Positions 27,615-37,922 of a stretch of DNA of 64,000 bases are shown piece after piece. How positions within the stretch are numbered: position 1 is the stretch's first letter; the number at the start of each line of letters is the position of its first letter. The notes below the pieces were generated by a model. It was not told where the DNA came from. It made no database searches and saw only the letters and a list, made by a program, of their open reading frames with translations. This stretch comes from Sediminibacterium sp. (GTDB taxonomy: Bacteria > Bacteroidota > Bacteroidia > Chitinophagales > Chitinophagaceae). Location of the stretch: positions 257,506 through 321,505 of the forward strand of contig OZ257253.1 in NCBI GenBank assembly GCA_965279635.1. Reading direction: 5' to 3'. The position numbers and the translations under genes were made by a program.

Positions 27615-29549
27615 TTATCCGGCAACAGTAGAAGAAACGGTTACGGTATCTTTCATAAGCTCTCTTACCACATCAGCAATACCCTGTGCATCATACGCAC
27701 ATTCCCTGTAGAGTTCTTTAGGTGTACCATGTTCCACCAGCCTGTCGGGGATACCCAATATTTTTATTTCGGCTTTGTAGTTATACTCATTCATGAATTC
27801 AAGCACGGCACTGCCAAAACCACCAACGACGGTGCCATCTTCTACTGTAACGATTTTGGAATACTTACTGAAAACCTCGTGCAGCAGATCTTCATCTATC
27901 GGTTTTACAAAACGAAGATCATAGTGTGCAGGATCAATGCCCTGTGTCCTTAATTCGCGGATAGCGGCCTGTGCAAAATTGCCGGGATGACCAAAACTCA
28001 ATATGGCTATTTCTTTACCATCTTTCAGTTTACGTCCCTTGCCTATCGGTAATTCTTCAAATGGTGTTTTCCATTCGGGCATCACACCTTCACCACGCGG
28101 GTATCTTATCACGAAAGGATATTCGTTACTGTCCAGTTGTGCGGTGTACATCAGGTTACGCAGTTCCTGTTCGTTCATCGGTGCGCTCACCACCAAATGG
28201 GGGATACAACGCATATACGGGATATCATAACAGCCATGGTGTGTAGGGCCGTCTTCGCCTACCAGCCCGGCCCTGTCGAGACAGAATACTACCGGTAATT
28301 TCTGGATGGCCACATCATGCACTACCTGGTCATAAGCTCTTTGCATAAAGGAAGAGTAGATATTACAGAACACACGCATACCCTGTGTGGCCATACCGGC
28401 ACTCACGGTTACGGCATGTTGTTCGCAGATGCCCACATCAAATGCGCGTTTCGGCATTTTCTCCATCATGAATTTGAGGGAAGAGCCGCTGGGCATTGCC
28501 GGGGTTACACCGATGATCTTATCATTCTTTTCCGCCAGCTCAATAATTGTATGACCAAATACATCCTGGTATTTTGGGGGCTGCGGTGCGTCGATCTTCT
28601 TTTTAAATATTTCACCGGTCACTTTATCAAACAATCCCGGAGCGTGCCATTTGGTCTGGTCCTTTTCTGCGAGGGAATAGCCTTTGCCTTTTACGGTAAC
28701 GATATGCAACAACTTAGGGCCGGGTATTTCTTTCAGGTCCTTCAGTGTATCGACCAGTTTGGTAATATTGTGTCCATCGATCGGGCCGAAATAACGGATC
28801 TGTAAAGCTTCGAAAAGATTACTGCTTTTGGTTACCATGCCTTTCAGCCCGGCTTCCATTTTTCCGGCCATATCGCGGGTGAATTTTTTACCCACGGGCA
28901 GTTTTCCCATCAGGTTCCATACTTCATCCCTGAACTTATTATAGGTGGGAGAGGTACTGATATCTGTAAGGTATTCCTTTAGCGCGCCCACATTCGGGTC
29001 GATGCTCATGCAGTTATCATTCAATATGATCAGCATATCACTGTCAGCCACACCTGCATGGTTCATGGCTTCAAAAGCCATACCGGCTGTCATTGAGCCA
29101 TCACCTATTACGGCAACGGATTTGCGTTGTTCGCCTTTGTATTTGGCGGCCATCGCCATACCCAGCGCCGCGGAAATAGAGGTGGAAGAATGGCCCACAC
29201 CAAACGTATCATATTCACTTTCACTGCGTTTGGGAAAACCACTCAGTCCCTTGTACTTGCGGTTGGTGATAAAATTATCCCTTCTGCCGGTGAGGATCTT
29301 ATGGCCATACGCCTGGTGGCCCACATCCCATACCAATTGATCGTAAGGTGTATTGTACACGTAATGAAGTGCAACGCTCAATTCTACCACACCCAGACTG
29401 GCCGCAAAATGCCCGCCATGCACACTTACTACATCAACGATATACTGTCTCAGTTCATCGCAAACCTGGTGTAATTGTTCGCGGCTGAGTTTTTTCAGGT
29501 CATCGGGAGAGTCGATTTTCTGTAATAAAGGACCGGGCGCTATCTGCAT
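27615..29549 (-). CDS. dxs: 1-deoxy-D-xylulose-5-phosphate synthase
   Basis: 644 aa. Motifs GHQAYGHKILTGRR and GDGSMTAGMAFEAMNHAG (TPP motif). Confidence 0.95.
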   Translation of the reverse strand: MQIAPGPLLQKIDSPDDLKKLSREQLHQVCDELRQYIVDVVSVHGGHFAASLGVVELSVALHYVYNTPYDQLVWDVGHQAYGHKILTGRRDNFITNRKYKGLSGFPKRSESEYDTFGVGHSSTSISAALGMAMAAKYKGEQRKSVAVIGDGSMTAGMAFEAMNHAGVADSDMLIILNDNCMSIDPNVGALKEYLTDISTSPTYNKFRDEVWNLMGKLPVGKKFTRDMAGKMEAGLKGMVTKSSNLFEALQIRYFGPIDGHNITKLVDTLKDLKEIPGPKLLHIVTVKGKGYSLAEKDQTKWHAPGLFDKVTGEIFKKKIDAPQPPKYQDVFGHTIIELAEKNDKIIGVTPAMPSGSSLKFMMEKMPKRAFDVGICEQHAVTVSAGMATQGMRVFCNIYSSFMQRAYDQVVHDVAIQKLPVVFCLDRAGLVGEDGPTHHGCYDIPYMRCIPHLVVSAPMNEQELRNLMYTAQLDSNEYPFVIRYPRGEGVMPEWKTPFEELPIGKGRKLKDGKEIAILSFGHPGNFAQAAIRELRTQGIDPAHYDLRFVKPIDEDLLHEVFSKYSKIVTVEDGTVVGGFGSAVLEFMNEYNYKAEIKILGIPDRLVEHGTPKELYRECAYDAQGIADVVRELMKDTVTVSSTVAG

Positions 29550-29580
29550 TCAAAAGGGATTGTAGTGTAAAATTAAGGTA

Positions 29581-29697
29581 TTTGAGCTATCAGCTTTGAG
29601 CTATCAGCCATCAGCTTTCAGCCTTTTGCTATCACTTAATAGCAGTAAACTTTTCATGATTACTGAAAGCTGAGGGTTGAAGTCTGATAGCTCAAAG
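29581..29697. repeat. word palindrome (gagctatcagc / catcagc words) upstream of dxs
   Basis: Left arm 29581-29621 and right arm 29663-29697. Same vocabulary as 49661-49737. Confidence 0.75.
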
Positions 29698-29790
29698 CCC
29701 CCTGACCCGCCAAAACCAAGCTTTCAAGCCAAACAGACCCTGATTTTGCCTTTAATCAAAATTAGCAGTTGCGCGGTTCGGCTTTGCATA

Positions 29791-29798
29791 TATATTTG
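29791..29798 (+). promoter_or_regulatory. -7 box TAtaTTTG upstream of the LytS-type kinase
   Basis: Exact TAnnTTTG match, 8 nt before ATG 29807, which implies a very short or absent leader. Confidence 0.45.
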
Positions 29799-29806
29799 TC
29801 TCCAAC

Positions 29807-30874
29807 ATGAGAGGTAAATCTTCAATATACTGGTGGTGCCAGCTAGGCGGCTGGTTGTTATATGGTCTGACCATGCTGTTCTTCGCGTATGTATTCCAGA
29901 ACAGGAACAACGATATTCTATTCCGCCGCATCGCTATTACGATCCTTTTTGGCTTGTTTTTCACCAATTTACTGCGTGAACTCATCATCCGGCTGGAATT
30001 AAGACCGCCGCTGATGCGCAAAAACTGGGGCATATTGACCGTTGTGGTACTGGGCATAGTGGTAATGTATAACCTCGCCAACAGCGCCATCGTGGAACTG
30101 CTGCAGATGTACGATTCCAAGACCAAAGTGTCTATGGAAAAGCGTTTCCTGGCCAACCTGATCTTTGATTCGCCGCTGATACTGGTATGGGTTTCCATTT
30201 ATTATCTCTGGCATTATGTAGAACTGGGTACCAGCAATGAGATCCAGAAAGTGAAACTGGAGAGCCTGGTAAAAGAACTGGAACTCAAGACCATCAAATC
30301 GCATATCAACCCGCATTTTATTTTTAATGCCCTTAACAGTATCCGCGCCTTGGTAGATGAGAACCCGGAAAGGGCAAGAACGGCTATTACCGAACTAAGC
30401 AATATCCTCCGCAGCAGTATGCAGGCCGAGAAACTGGAAACCGTGCCTTTTGAGCGCGAACTCAATATTGTAAAAGATTACCTGGCCCTGGAACATATCC
30501 GTTTCGAGGACCGCCTGCAGGTGGAGTATGATATCGATGAAGATACACTCGACCAGCCCGTACCACCCATGATGCTGCAGACCCTCGTAGAAAATGCCAT
30601 CAAACATGGCATTGGCAAACAAAAACAAGGCGGGCGCATCAAAGTCATATCTGATTATACCGATAACCACCACGAACTGATTGTACTGAACACCGGTTCA
30701 TTGGACGGCATTACCGCCGCCGGGGATGGGTTCGGTCTCAATAGTACCCGCAACCGGTTAAAGCTGTTATTCGGCGACAAAGGAAGTTTCTCTATCAGGG
30801 ACACCCCGGATGGTATGGTGGAAGCCAAAGTAAAAATGCCGGTACAGCAGTTTAATGTCCCTGTCAATTCCTAA
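29807..30874 (+). CDS. sensor histidine kinase, LytS/YehU (His_kinase) type
   Basis: N-terminal TM segments, HINPHFIFNALNSIRALV H-box, C-terminal HATPase with NAIKHG and GFGL. Confidence 0.85.
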   Translation: MRGKSSIYWWCQLGGWLLYGLTMLFFAYVFQNRNNDILFRRIAITILFGLFFTNLLRELIIRLELRPPLMRKNWGILTVVVLGIVVMYNLANSAIVELLQMYDSKTKVSMEKRFLANLIFDSPLILVWVSIYYLWHYVELGTSNEIQKVKLESLVKELELKTIKSHINPHFIFNALNSIRALVDENPERARTAITELSNILRSSMQAEKLETVPFERELNIVKDYLALEHIRFEDRLQVEYDIDEDTLDQPVPPMMLQTLVENAIKHGIGKQKQGGRIKVISDYTDNHHELIVLNTGSLDGITAAGDGFGLNSTRNRLKLLFGDKGSFSIRDTPDGMVEAKVKMPVQQFNVPVNS

Positions 30875-30883
30875 ATTCGCGAT

Positions 30884-31615
30884 ATGGCAATCAAAGCAAT
30901 AATCATTGATGACGAACGTCTGGCCCGTAATGAGCTCAAAAAACTCTTACAGGACCATTCCGATATTGAAGTGATCGAAGAGGCGGCTAATGTAGATGAT
31001 GGTATCGAAAAGATCGAAACACTCAATCCCGACCTGATCTTCCTGGATATCCAGATGCCCGGCAAAACCGGATTCGACCTGCTGGCAGAAGTGGAAAAAG
31101 CGCCAAGGGTGATCTTCACCACGGCATACGATGAATACGCGATCAAAGCGTTTGAAGTAAATGCGCTGGATTACCTGCTCAAGCCGATAGAACCCAAACG
31201 CCTGGCCGATGCCATCCAGAAATTACAGGCAGAGATCTTCAAGGAAAATGTAGGGATCAACGGTGGTAACCGCGGCCCGCTTACCGAGTTCGACCAGGTA
31301 TTTGTAAAAGACGGCGAACGCTGCTGGTTTGTAAAACTGGGCGAGATCCGTTTGTTTGAAAGCGTGGGTAATTATGCCAAAGTATTCTTCGGAACACATA
31401 AGCCACTTATCCTCAAATCACTCAACGCACTGGAAGAAAGACTGGACGACAGGATGTTCTTCCGCGCCAACCGTAAACACATCATCAACCTCCGCTGGAT
31501 AGAAAAAATAGAACCTTATTTCAATGGCGGATTACTGGTTGACCTGAAAGGCGGTGAAAAAATTGAAGTGAGCCGCAGGCAGACCGTTAAGTTTAAAGAA
31601 ATGATGAGTTTGTGA
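30884..31615 (+). CDS. LytTR-family response regulator
   Basis: Receiver domain (IIDDE, DLIFLDIQMPG) plus a C-terminal LytTR DNA-binding domain (FFRANRKHIINL). Lies 9 nt after the kinase gene. Confidence 0.88.
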   Translation: MAIKAIIIDDERLARNELKKLLQDHSDIEVIEEAANVDDGIEKIETLNPDLIFLDIQMPGKTGFDLLAEVEKAPRVIFTTAYDEYAIKAFEVNALDYLLKPIEPKRLADAIQKLQAEIFKENVGINGGNRGPLTEFDQVFVKDGERCWFVKLGEIRLFESVGNYAKVFFGTHKPLILKSLNALEERLDDRMFFRANRKHIINLRWIEKIEPYFNGGLLVDLKGGEKIEVSRRQTVKFKEMMSL

Positions 31616-31715
31616 TCGGTCAGGCCGCTGGAAGCGGCCCGACCGGTTGCAGCAACCAAATACACCTCTCTATCACATGCCATCGGCCAGACCGCTTCCA
31701 GCGGCCGGGCCGCAA
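31615..31715. repeat. two self-complementary hairpins that are also inverted copies of each other (ggccgctggaagcggcc core)
   Basis: 31615-31647 and 31684-31715. The first is ~27/33 identical to 37766-37798. Confidence 0.8.
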
Positions 31716-31730
31716 CCCCAAAATAACGAA

Positions 31731-33032
31731 ATGAAAAAATTATCCCTGCTGCTGTTGTGCGCAACAGCAACAACTATTTCCTTCGCCCAGGATATTGACA
31801 AGATCATCAATGCCAAAGAAGTAGAACGTGTTGAAAAGATCTTATCCGCCGATGACATGGAGGGCCGCGCCACATTTACACGCGGAAATGATAAAGCGGC
31901 TGCATTCATCGCCGATGAGTTTAAAAAAGCAGGTTTGCAAACATGGAAGAACAGTAATACACACCTTCAATCGTTTACCATGGTAAGCGGCAGGCCGCTA
32001 AGTATTACGGCAAAAGCAGATGGTGCAGAAATTGATCCCCAAAAAATAGTGGTTATTTCAGGTAAAACAGAAGTGCGTGTTACAGAAACATCCGGACTGG
32101 AAAAAGTGGTTATACAGAAAGGAGCCAATCTTAATGTTGAGTTGCGCAAATACACAACCACCGGCAAAAGTTACCTGATTCTGATGGATACATCGTTTGC
32201 CGGCACCTTCAGCAGGCTTGGTGGTGGCAGACCTTCTGCGAAATCTGACAGGACGATCATATATCTCCTTACTTCACAGGATCCTCAGACTTTTTCTGTT
32301 GAAGCAAAGTTCCCAGAAGTGAACCTGCAAAATGTGGTGGGCGTGCTTCCGGGTAAAAGCAAGGCCAATGAATACGTGATCTTTTCAGGTCATTATGATC
32401 ATCTTGGTGTACGGGCAAAAGATGCGCAGGGCAACGTGTTGCCGGATTCGATTTTTAACGGAGCAAACGATGATGCTGCAGGTACTACGGCGGTGATTAT
32501 GCTGGCGCAGTATTTCAAAAAACTGGGTAACAATGAACGTACGCTGGTATTTGCCGCGTTTACAGCGGAAGAAGTAGGTGGATACGGCTCCCAGTATTTT
32601 TCAAAACAATTTAATGCGGATGATGTAAAAGCGATGTTCAATATCGAGATGATCGGTACGGAAAGTAAGTGGGGTAAAAACTCTGCTTATATTACCGGTT
32701 ACGAAAGAACCGACATGGGCAAAATATTGCAGGGAAACCTGGAAGGTACCGGATTTACTTTCCACCCTGATCCGTATTTCCCAATGCCTTCAACATCGAA
32801 TCTTTTTTACCGTTCAGATAATGCCACACTCGCAAGACTGGGTGTTCCTGCACACACCATTTCAACAGCCAAAATGGATTCCGAACCGCATTACCACAAA
32901 GCCAGTGATACTATTGAAACACTGGACATGGAAAATATGGCTATGATCATTAAATCTATTGCCTTGAGTTCAAGAGGTATTGTGAGCGGGAAGGAAACAC
33001 CTTCGAGGGTGGATGTTTCTACTTTGCGTTAG
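31731..33032 (+). CDS. M28-family peptidase (secreted aminopeptidase-like)
   Basis: Signal peptide MKKLSLLLLCATATTISFAQ. HYDHLG, NGANDDAAGT and FTAEEVGGYGS motifs are typical of Zn-ligand regions in M28. Confidence 0.75.
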   Translation: MKKLSLLLLCATATTISFAQDIDKIINAKEVERVEKILSADDMEGRATFTRGNDKAAAFIADEFKKAGLQTWKNSNTHLQSFTMVSGRPLSITAKADGAEIDPQKIVVISGKTEVRVTETSGLEKVVIQKGANLNVELRKYTTTGKSYLILMDTSFAGTFSRLGGGRPSAKSDRTIIYLLTSQDPQTFSVEAKFPEVNLQNVVGVLPGKSKANEYVIFSGHYDHLGVRAKDAQGNVLPDSIFNGANDDAAGTTAVIMLAQYFKKLGNNERTLVFAAFTAEEVGGYGSQYFSKQFNADDVKAMFNIEMIGTESKWGKNSAYITGYERTDMGKILQGNLEGTGFTFHPDPYFPMPSTSNLFYRSDNATLARLGVPAHTISTAKMDSEPHYHKASDTIETLDMENMAMIIKSIALSSRGIVSGKETPSRVDVSTLR

Positions 33033-33045
33033 AGGAATTAATTTG

Positions 33046-33151
33046 CCCCGTTCTTCAGAACGGGGAATAAAGACAGAATTTAAACGGCCTCGGGACTTAA
33101 GTCCCGAGGCCGTTTGTTTGGGGCTATTCTATATCCCCGCTCTGAAGAGCG
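33046..33151. terminator. triple-hairpin block between the convergent M28 peptidase and GGGPS genes
   Basis: Hairpin a is 33046-33065. Hairpin b is 33082-33115 (15-bp stem, ttaa loop). Hairpin c is around 33135-33155 and is an inverted copy of a (~18/21). Confidence 0.75.
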
Positions 33152-33194
33152 AGGCAACATAAATCTTGGAATGTTCAGGGATTTAATGCAAGGA

Positions 33195-33950
33195 CTACAC
33201 ATTCACCGGCACACTATGCACCGCCGCACTGATCTCTTTAATCAATGAAGTATCTTTCTCTATCGCATTCCCCACAACAATAATATCTGCACCTGCTTTG
33301 CAATTGCGGTAAGCTTTTTCCGGTTCTGTAATACCGCCACCAACGATCAGTGGCGCTTCAATATGCCGGGCCACTTTTTCGATCATCAGTTCGGTGATAG
33401 GGCGCTTGGCGCCGCTGCCGGCATCCATATAGATGAGTTTCATGCCCAGCATTTCGCCGGCCATCGCAGTACACATCGCTATATCATTTTTATCCGCAGG
33501 GATAGGAGCAGCATTGGAGATATACGATACCGTAGTAGGTGCACCGCCATCAATTACCATATAGCCGGTAGGCATGATCTCCAGCCCGCTTTTCTTTACA
33601 AAAGGGGCGCTTACCACATGTTGTCCGATCAACAGTTCCGGGTTACGGCCTGATATCAGCGAGAGATACAGTAAAGCATCCGCATATTTACTCACCTGCG
33701 AGGGTGAACCGGGAAATAAAATAACAGGGATATCACAACTTGATTTGATCTGCTGGATACAGTCATCCAGGTAACTCGAAATGACCAGGCTGCCACCTAC
33801 AAAAAAATAATCCACTTTGGCATCGGTACCCAGAGCAACCAGTTGATCGATCTTTTCATTATCCACTTTGTCAGGATCTATCAGTACGGCAAAAGATTTT
33901 TTGCCGGCTTTCTTCCTTTCTACAAACTGGTTATATAACGGTTGCTTCAT
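33195..33950 (-). CDS. geranylgeranylglyceryl/heptaprenylglyceryl phosphate synthase family protein (PcrB/GGGPS)
   Basis: 251-aa TIM-barrel-like sequence with FFVGGS and PLIVGGGI motifs. Start at MKQPLYNQFVERKK. Confidence 0.7.
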   Translation of the reverse strand: MKQPLYNQFVERKKAGKKSFAVLIDPDKVDNEKIDQLVALGTDAKVDYFFVGGSLVISSYLDDCIQQIKSSCDIPVILFPGSPSQVSKYADALLYLSLISGRNPELLIGQHVVSAPFVKKSGLEIMPTGYMVIDGGAPTTVSYISNAAPIPADKNDIAMCTAMAGEMLGMKLIYMDAGSGAKRPITELMIEKVARHIEAPLIVGGGITEPEKAYRNCKAGADIIVVGNAIEKDTSLIKEISAAVHSVPVNV

Positions 33951-34367
33951 TCGTCTGGCGGATATGTCTGCTGCAAAAATGCGGAAAAGTTTTCGTTTAA
34001 CGGCAGTCACGGGGCTTTCTGCCCCCTAATACTTGAAAGATAGCGCATTATTTATGACCTGATATTGCTATATACCTGCCCTTTTTTTGTAAAATTCTCA
34101 CTTTCCCGTCCGTACCTACATTTACGGAAAAATACCCGTCCGGCAACGTTTTTGCTGAAATATTCTTTTCTACAGTTGTGTATTTCCGCTCAAATGCAGC
34201 GTGGATTTGGGCTTTCGGATTGTCCACATTCTTTATGCACAACCTGTTGATATTTCAGCTTCGGAACTATGGGAACGGAAAGATATTTTCGTCAACCCGC
34301 TGAACATTTTGTTTCCGGCGGGTAACCCATAACAACAAGCATAACGCATTAAATTCAGCACACAGCT

Positions 34368-37300
34368 ATGTCTAACCCACGCACCACCAAAGGCCTCTCA
34401 TTCAGCCGCCGCTTCACCAAAGATGAAGTGAGCCCATTCGACATGTTCGAGTACGATTACCGCGACAGCGTGATCAAAAATCCGAATGGCGAAAAAGTGT
34501 TTGAAATGAATAACGTAGAGGTTCCGAAGCAGTGGAGTCAGATAGCCACTGATATCCTCGCACAAAAATATTTCCGTAAAGCCGGCGTACCGCAGGCAGA
34601 TGGAACCACCGGCAGGGAAACCAGTGTTAAACAGGTGGCACACCGTATGGCCAACTGCTGGCGCGTATGGGGTGAGCGTTATGGCTATTTTGCATCAGCC
34701 AAAGATGCTGGTGTGTTTTACGACGAACTGGTGTACAGCATCCTTAACCAGGCCTGCGTACCCAATTCACCACAATGGTTCAACACGGGATTGCACGAAA
34801 GCTATGGCATCACCGGTAAACCACAGGGCCATTATTTCGTGGATCCGAAAGACAGCAAGCTGAAAAAATCTTCCAACGCTTATGAACGTCCCCAGCCACA
34901 TGCCTGCTTTATTTTAAGCGTGACCGATGACCTGGTGAATGATGGCGGTATTATGGACCTCTGGACACGTGAGGCCCGTATCTTCAAATACGGTTCTGGT
35001 GTAGGAACCAATTTCTCACAGATACGCGGAGGCGGAGAAAAATTAAGCGGTGGCGGAACCTCCAGCGGTTTGATGAGCTTTTTGAAAATAGGTGACCGCG
35101 CAGCTGGCGCCATCAAAAGTGGTGGTACTACCCGTCGCGCGGCTAAAATGGTTTGTCTCGATCTTGATCACCCCGAGATCATGGAATTCATCAACTGGAA
35201 AGTAGGCGAAGAAAAGAAAGTGGCCGCCCTGGTAGCTGCGGGTTATGATAATAGTTATGAAGGAGAAGCGTATGCAACCGTATCCGGTCAAAACTCCAAT
35301 AACTCTGTACGTATCCCCAACTCATTCTTTAAAGTACTGGAAGAAGATGGCGATTGGGAACTGAAAGCTCGTACCGATGGCCGCACCATGAAAAAAATCC
35401 CGGCCCGTGATGTATGGGAAAAAATATCCTATGCCGCATGGCGCTGCGCTGATCCGGGTACACAGTATGATACCACCATCAACGAATGGCACACCTGTCC
35501 CAAAGGCGGTCGTATCAATGCATCCAATCCATGTTCAGAATACATGTTCCTGGATAATACCGCCTGTAACCTGGCATCGATCAACCTGCGCCAGTTCCAT
35601 ACAGAACAGAACAATATTTTTGATGTAGCAGGATTTGAATACACTACCCGCTTATGGACAACCGTGCTGGAGATTTCTGTATTGATGGCGCAGTTCCCTT
35701 CCAAAGAAGTGGCGCAGTTATCTTACGATTACCGTACACTGGGATTAGGATTCGCCAACCTCGGCTCTATGCTGATGGTAAGCGGTATTCCTTACGATAG
35801 TGAAGAGGCCCGCGGTATTGCCGGCGCCATCAGCGCTATCATGACCGGTGTTTCTTACAAAACATCCGCAGAAATGGCATCTTTCCTTGGTGCCTTTGAT
35901 AAATACGAAGAGAACAAAGAAGACATGCTGCGTGTAATGCGCAACCACCGCGCCGCTGCTTATGATGCAGAAGATGCGTATGTGGGCATTGAAATCAAAC
36001 CACAGGGTATCAAGGCGCAGCATTGCCCTGATTACCTGCTGAAAGCTGCTACCAAAGCATGGGATGATGCAGTGAAGCTGGGAGAAAAACATGGCTACCG
36101 CAACGCACAAACCACCGTTATCGCCCCAACCGGAACGATTGGCCTGGTGATGGATTGCGATACCACAGGTGTGGAACCTGATTTTGCTTTAGTGAAATTC
36201 AAAAAATTAAGCGGTGGTGGTTATTTCAAGATCATTAACCAATCAGTTCCGCAGGCATTGCGTAACCTGGGGTATAGTCCTAAGGAAGCAGATGCCATAG
36301 AAAAATATGCAGTAGGTGCTGCCAGCTTTGAAAACGCTCCGTTCGTAAATCCGGAAGCACTTAGGGCCAAAGGTTTTACAGAAGAAGAAATTGAGAAACT
36401 GAATGGCGCAGCCAAATCGGCATTTGAGATCGGCTTCCTGTTCAACCGTTTTACATTGGGCGATGAATGTATGCAGCGCCTGGGCTTTACAGAAGAACAG
36501 TATGCAGACTGGAACTTCAACCTGCTCGAAGAACTGGGCTTTACCGAAGAACAGATCGATGCCGCCAACGATTATATATGCGGAACAATGACCGTAGAAG
36601 GCGCGCCTTACCTGCAGGACGAACACCTGGTGGTATTCGACTGCGCCAACAAATGCGGTAAAAAAGGAGAGAGATATATTCATGCTTACGGACATATCCG
36701 TATGATGGGCGCCTGCCAGCCATTCTTAAGCGGCGCTATCTCCAAAACCATCAACCTGCCGCACGAAGCATCTGTAGAAGAAATTGCAGACTGCTATATG
36801 CTGAGCTGGAAACTGGGTCTGAAAGCAAATGCCCTGTACCGCGATGGTTCTAAACTGAGCCAGCCGCTGAGCAATAAATCGGATAAGAAGAAAAAAACGG
36901 AGGAAGCGGAAGAGACGAGTGACAAGGCACAAGAGACAAGTGAAGTGGTTACTGCTTCCAACATCGTTGACCTGAGCAAACTTACCGTAGACGAGTTACT
37001 GGAAGAAGTACAGAAACGTATGCAGGCTTCTACCGATACCCAATTCAAACGTGCATTGTCAGGTATCGTTGAGAAAAAATCATTACCGGCCAAACGTCGT
37101 GGCTTTACACAGAAAGCCAAGATCGGTGGACAGGTGATCTTCCTGCGTACCGGCGAATATGGGGATGGAACACTGGGCGAAATATTCATCGATCTGGCCA
37201 AAGAAGGTTCTACCCTCCGCAGTTTCATGAACTGCTTTGCGATCGCTATTTCAGTGGGTCTGCAGTACGGTGTGCCGTTGGAAGAATTTGTAGAGAAATT

Positions 37301-37748
37301 TGTATTCACCAAGTTCGAGCCATCGGGTATGGTGGATCACCCGAATATCAAAACAACCACATCACTGGTAGATTTCGTGTTCCGCGCACTCGCATTCGAG
37401 TACCTCGGAAGAACGGACCTGGTGCATGTACTCGACAAACCCACCATCGGAAACACCGGTGAGGGCGACGGTGATGCCACTTTTATCGGGAAGCCTGAAC
37501 TGAGCAGTGTACGCGTAACAGCACCTGCATCAGCCAATACAACGCCTGTGGCACAACCACAGCCGCAAAAATTACAAAGGGCCACTGCTTCACCCGCAAG
37601 GGCAGAAACAGGGATGGATGCTGTAAATGCCGCCGCCAAAAACATGCAGAGCGATGCGCCTGCCTGTAATACCTGCGGGCATATCACCATCCGCAGCGGT
37701 ACCTGTTATAAATGCCTGAACTGTGGCAACAGCATGGGTTGCAGCTAA
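34368..37748 (+). CDS. nrdJ: adenosylcobalamin-dependent ribonucleoside-diphosphate reductase (class II)
   Basis: 1126 aa. Catalytic NPCSEY motif, triple GFTEE repeat insert, C-terminal Cys cluster CNTCGH...CYKCLNCG. Confidence 0.93.
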   Translation: MSNPRTTKGLSFSRRFTKDEVSPFDMFEYDYRDSVIKNPNGEKVFEMNNVEVPKQWSQIATDILAQKYFRKAGVPQADGTTGRETSVKQVAHRMANCWRVWGERYGYFASAKDAGVFYDELVYSILNQACVPNSPQWFNTGLHESYGITGKPQGHYFVDPKDSKLKKSSNAYERPQPHACFILSVTDDLVNDGGIMDLWTREARIFKYGSGVGTNFSQIRGGGEKLSGGGTSSGLMSFLKIGDRAAGAIKSGGTTRRAAKMVCLDLDHPEIMEFINWKVGEEKKVAALVAAGYDNSYEGEAYATVSGQNSNNSVRIPNSFFKVLEEDGDWELKARTDGRTMKKIPARDVWEKISYAAWRCADPGTQYDTTINEWHTCPKGGRINASNPCSEYMFLDNTACNLASINLRQFHTEQNNIFDVAGFEYTTRLWTTVLEISVLMAQFPSKEVAQLSYDYRTLGLGFANLGSMLMVSGIPYDSEEARGIAGAISAIMTGVSYKTSAEMASFLGAFDKYEENKEDMLRVMRNHRAAAYDAEDAYVGIEIKPQGIKAQHCPDYLLKAATKAWDDAVKLGEKHGYRNAQTTVIAPTGTIGLVMDCDTTGVEPDFALVKFKKLSGGGYFKIINQSVPQALRNLGYSPKEADAIEKYAVGAASFENAPFVNPEALRAKGFTEEEIEKLNGAAKSAFEIGFLFNRFTLGDECMQRLGFTEEQYADWNFNLLEELGFTEEQIDAANDYICGTMTVEGAPYLQDEHLVVFDCANKCGKKGERYIHAYGHIRMMGACQPFLSGAISKTINLPHEASVEEIADCYMLSWKLGLKANALYRDGSKLSQPLSNKSDKKKKTEEAEETSDKAQETSEVVTASNIVDLSKLTVDELLEEVQKRMQASTDTQFKRALSGIVEKKSLPAKRRGFTQKAKIGGQVIFLRTGEYGDGTLGEIFIDLAKEGSTLRSFMNCFAIAISVGLQYGVPLEEFVEKFVFTKFEPSGMVDHPNIKTTTSLVDFVFRALAFEYLGRTDLVHVLDKPTIGNTGEGDGDATFIGKPELSSVRVTAPASANTTPVAQPQPQKLQRATASPARAETGMDAVNAAAKNMQSDAPACNTCGHITIRSGTCYKCLNCGNSMGCS

Positions 37749-37765
37749 ATTTTTGATTGCCAGCC

Positions 37766-37828
37766 ATCGGTCGGGCCGCTCAAAGCGGCCTGACCGATCG
37801 GGACCGCGCCTCTCTGGCGCGGTTTTTT
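37766..37828 (+). terminator. family hairpin plus intrinsic terminator after nrdJ
   Basis: atcggtcgggccgctcaaagcggcctgaccgat (37766-37798), then accgcgcc-tctc-tggcgcggt followed by tttttt (37803-37828). Confidence 0.85.
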
Positions 37829-37922
37829 GTATATTACCGTTATCGGCAGGAGCCGGGCACCTCAGATTTGTTAAATCCTTACAAACAGGATCCGTACCGC
37901 TTTTATTCCCGTACATACATTG

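Noticed and set aside
34011-34367. Cobalamin riboswitch or NrdR operator upstream of nrdJ
   Set aside because: I could not find a B12-box-like AGYCMGgAgaCCkGCc core or a convincing acaCwAtATaTwGtgt palindrome. The gggaacggaaag stretch alone is insufficient.
36880-36960. gagacaag/acaaggcacaagagacaag words in the NrdJ linker that resemble the 24125-24194 hairpin vocabulary
   Set aside because: Only one arm-like stretch is present, with no inverted partner nearby. It encodes a plausible acidic/Lys-rich linker, so the similarity is too short to distinguish from chance.
34368-37748. Intein or mobile insertion in the 1126-aa NrdJ
   Set aside because: There are no intein splice-junction blocks and no homing-endonuclease motifs. 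The extra length is explained by the GFTEE-repeat insert and the acidic linker, both common in long class II RNRs.
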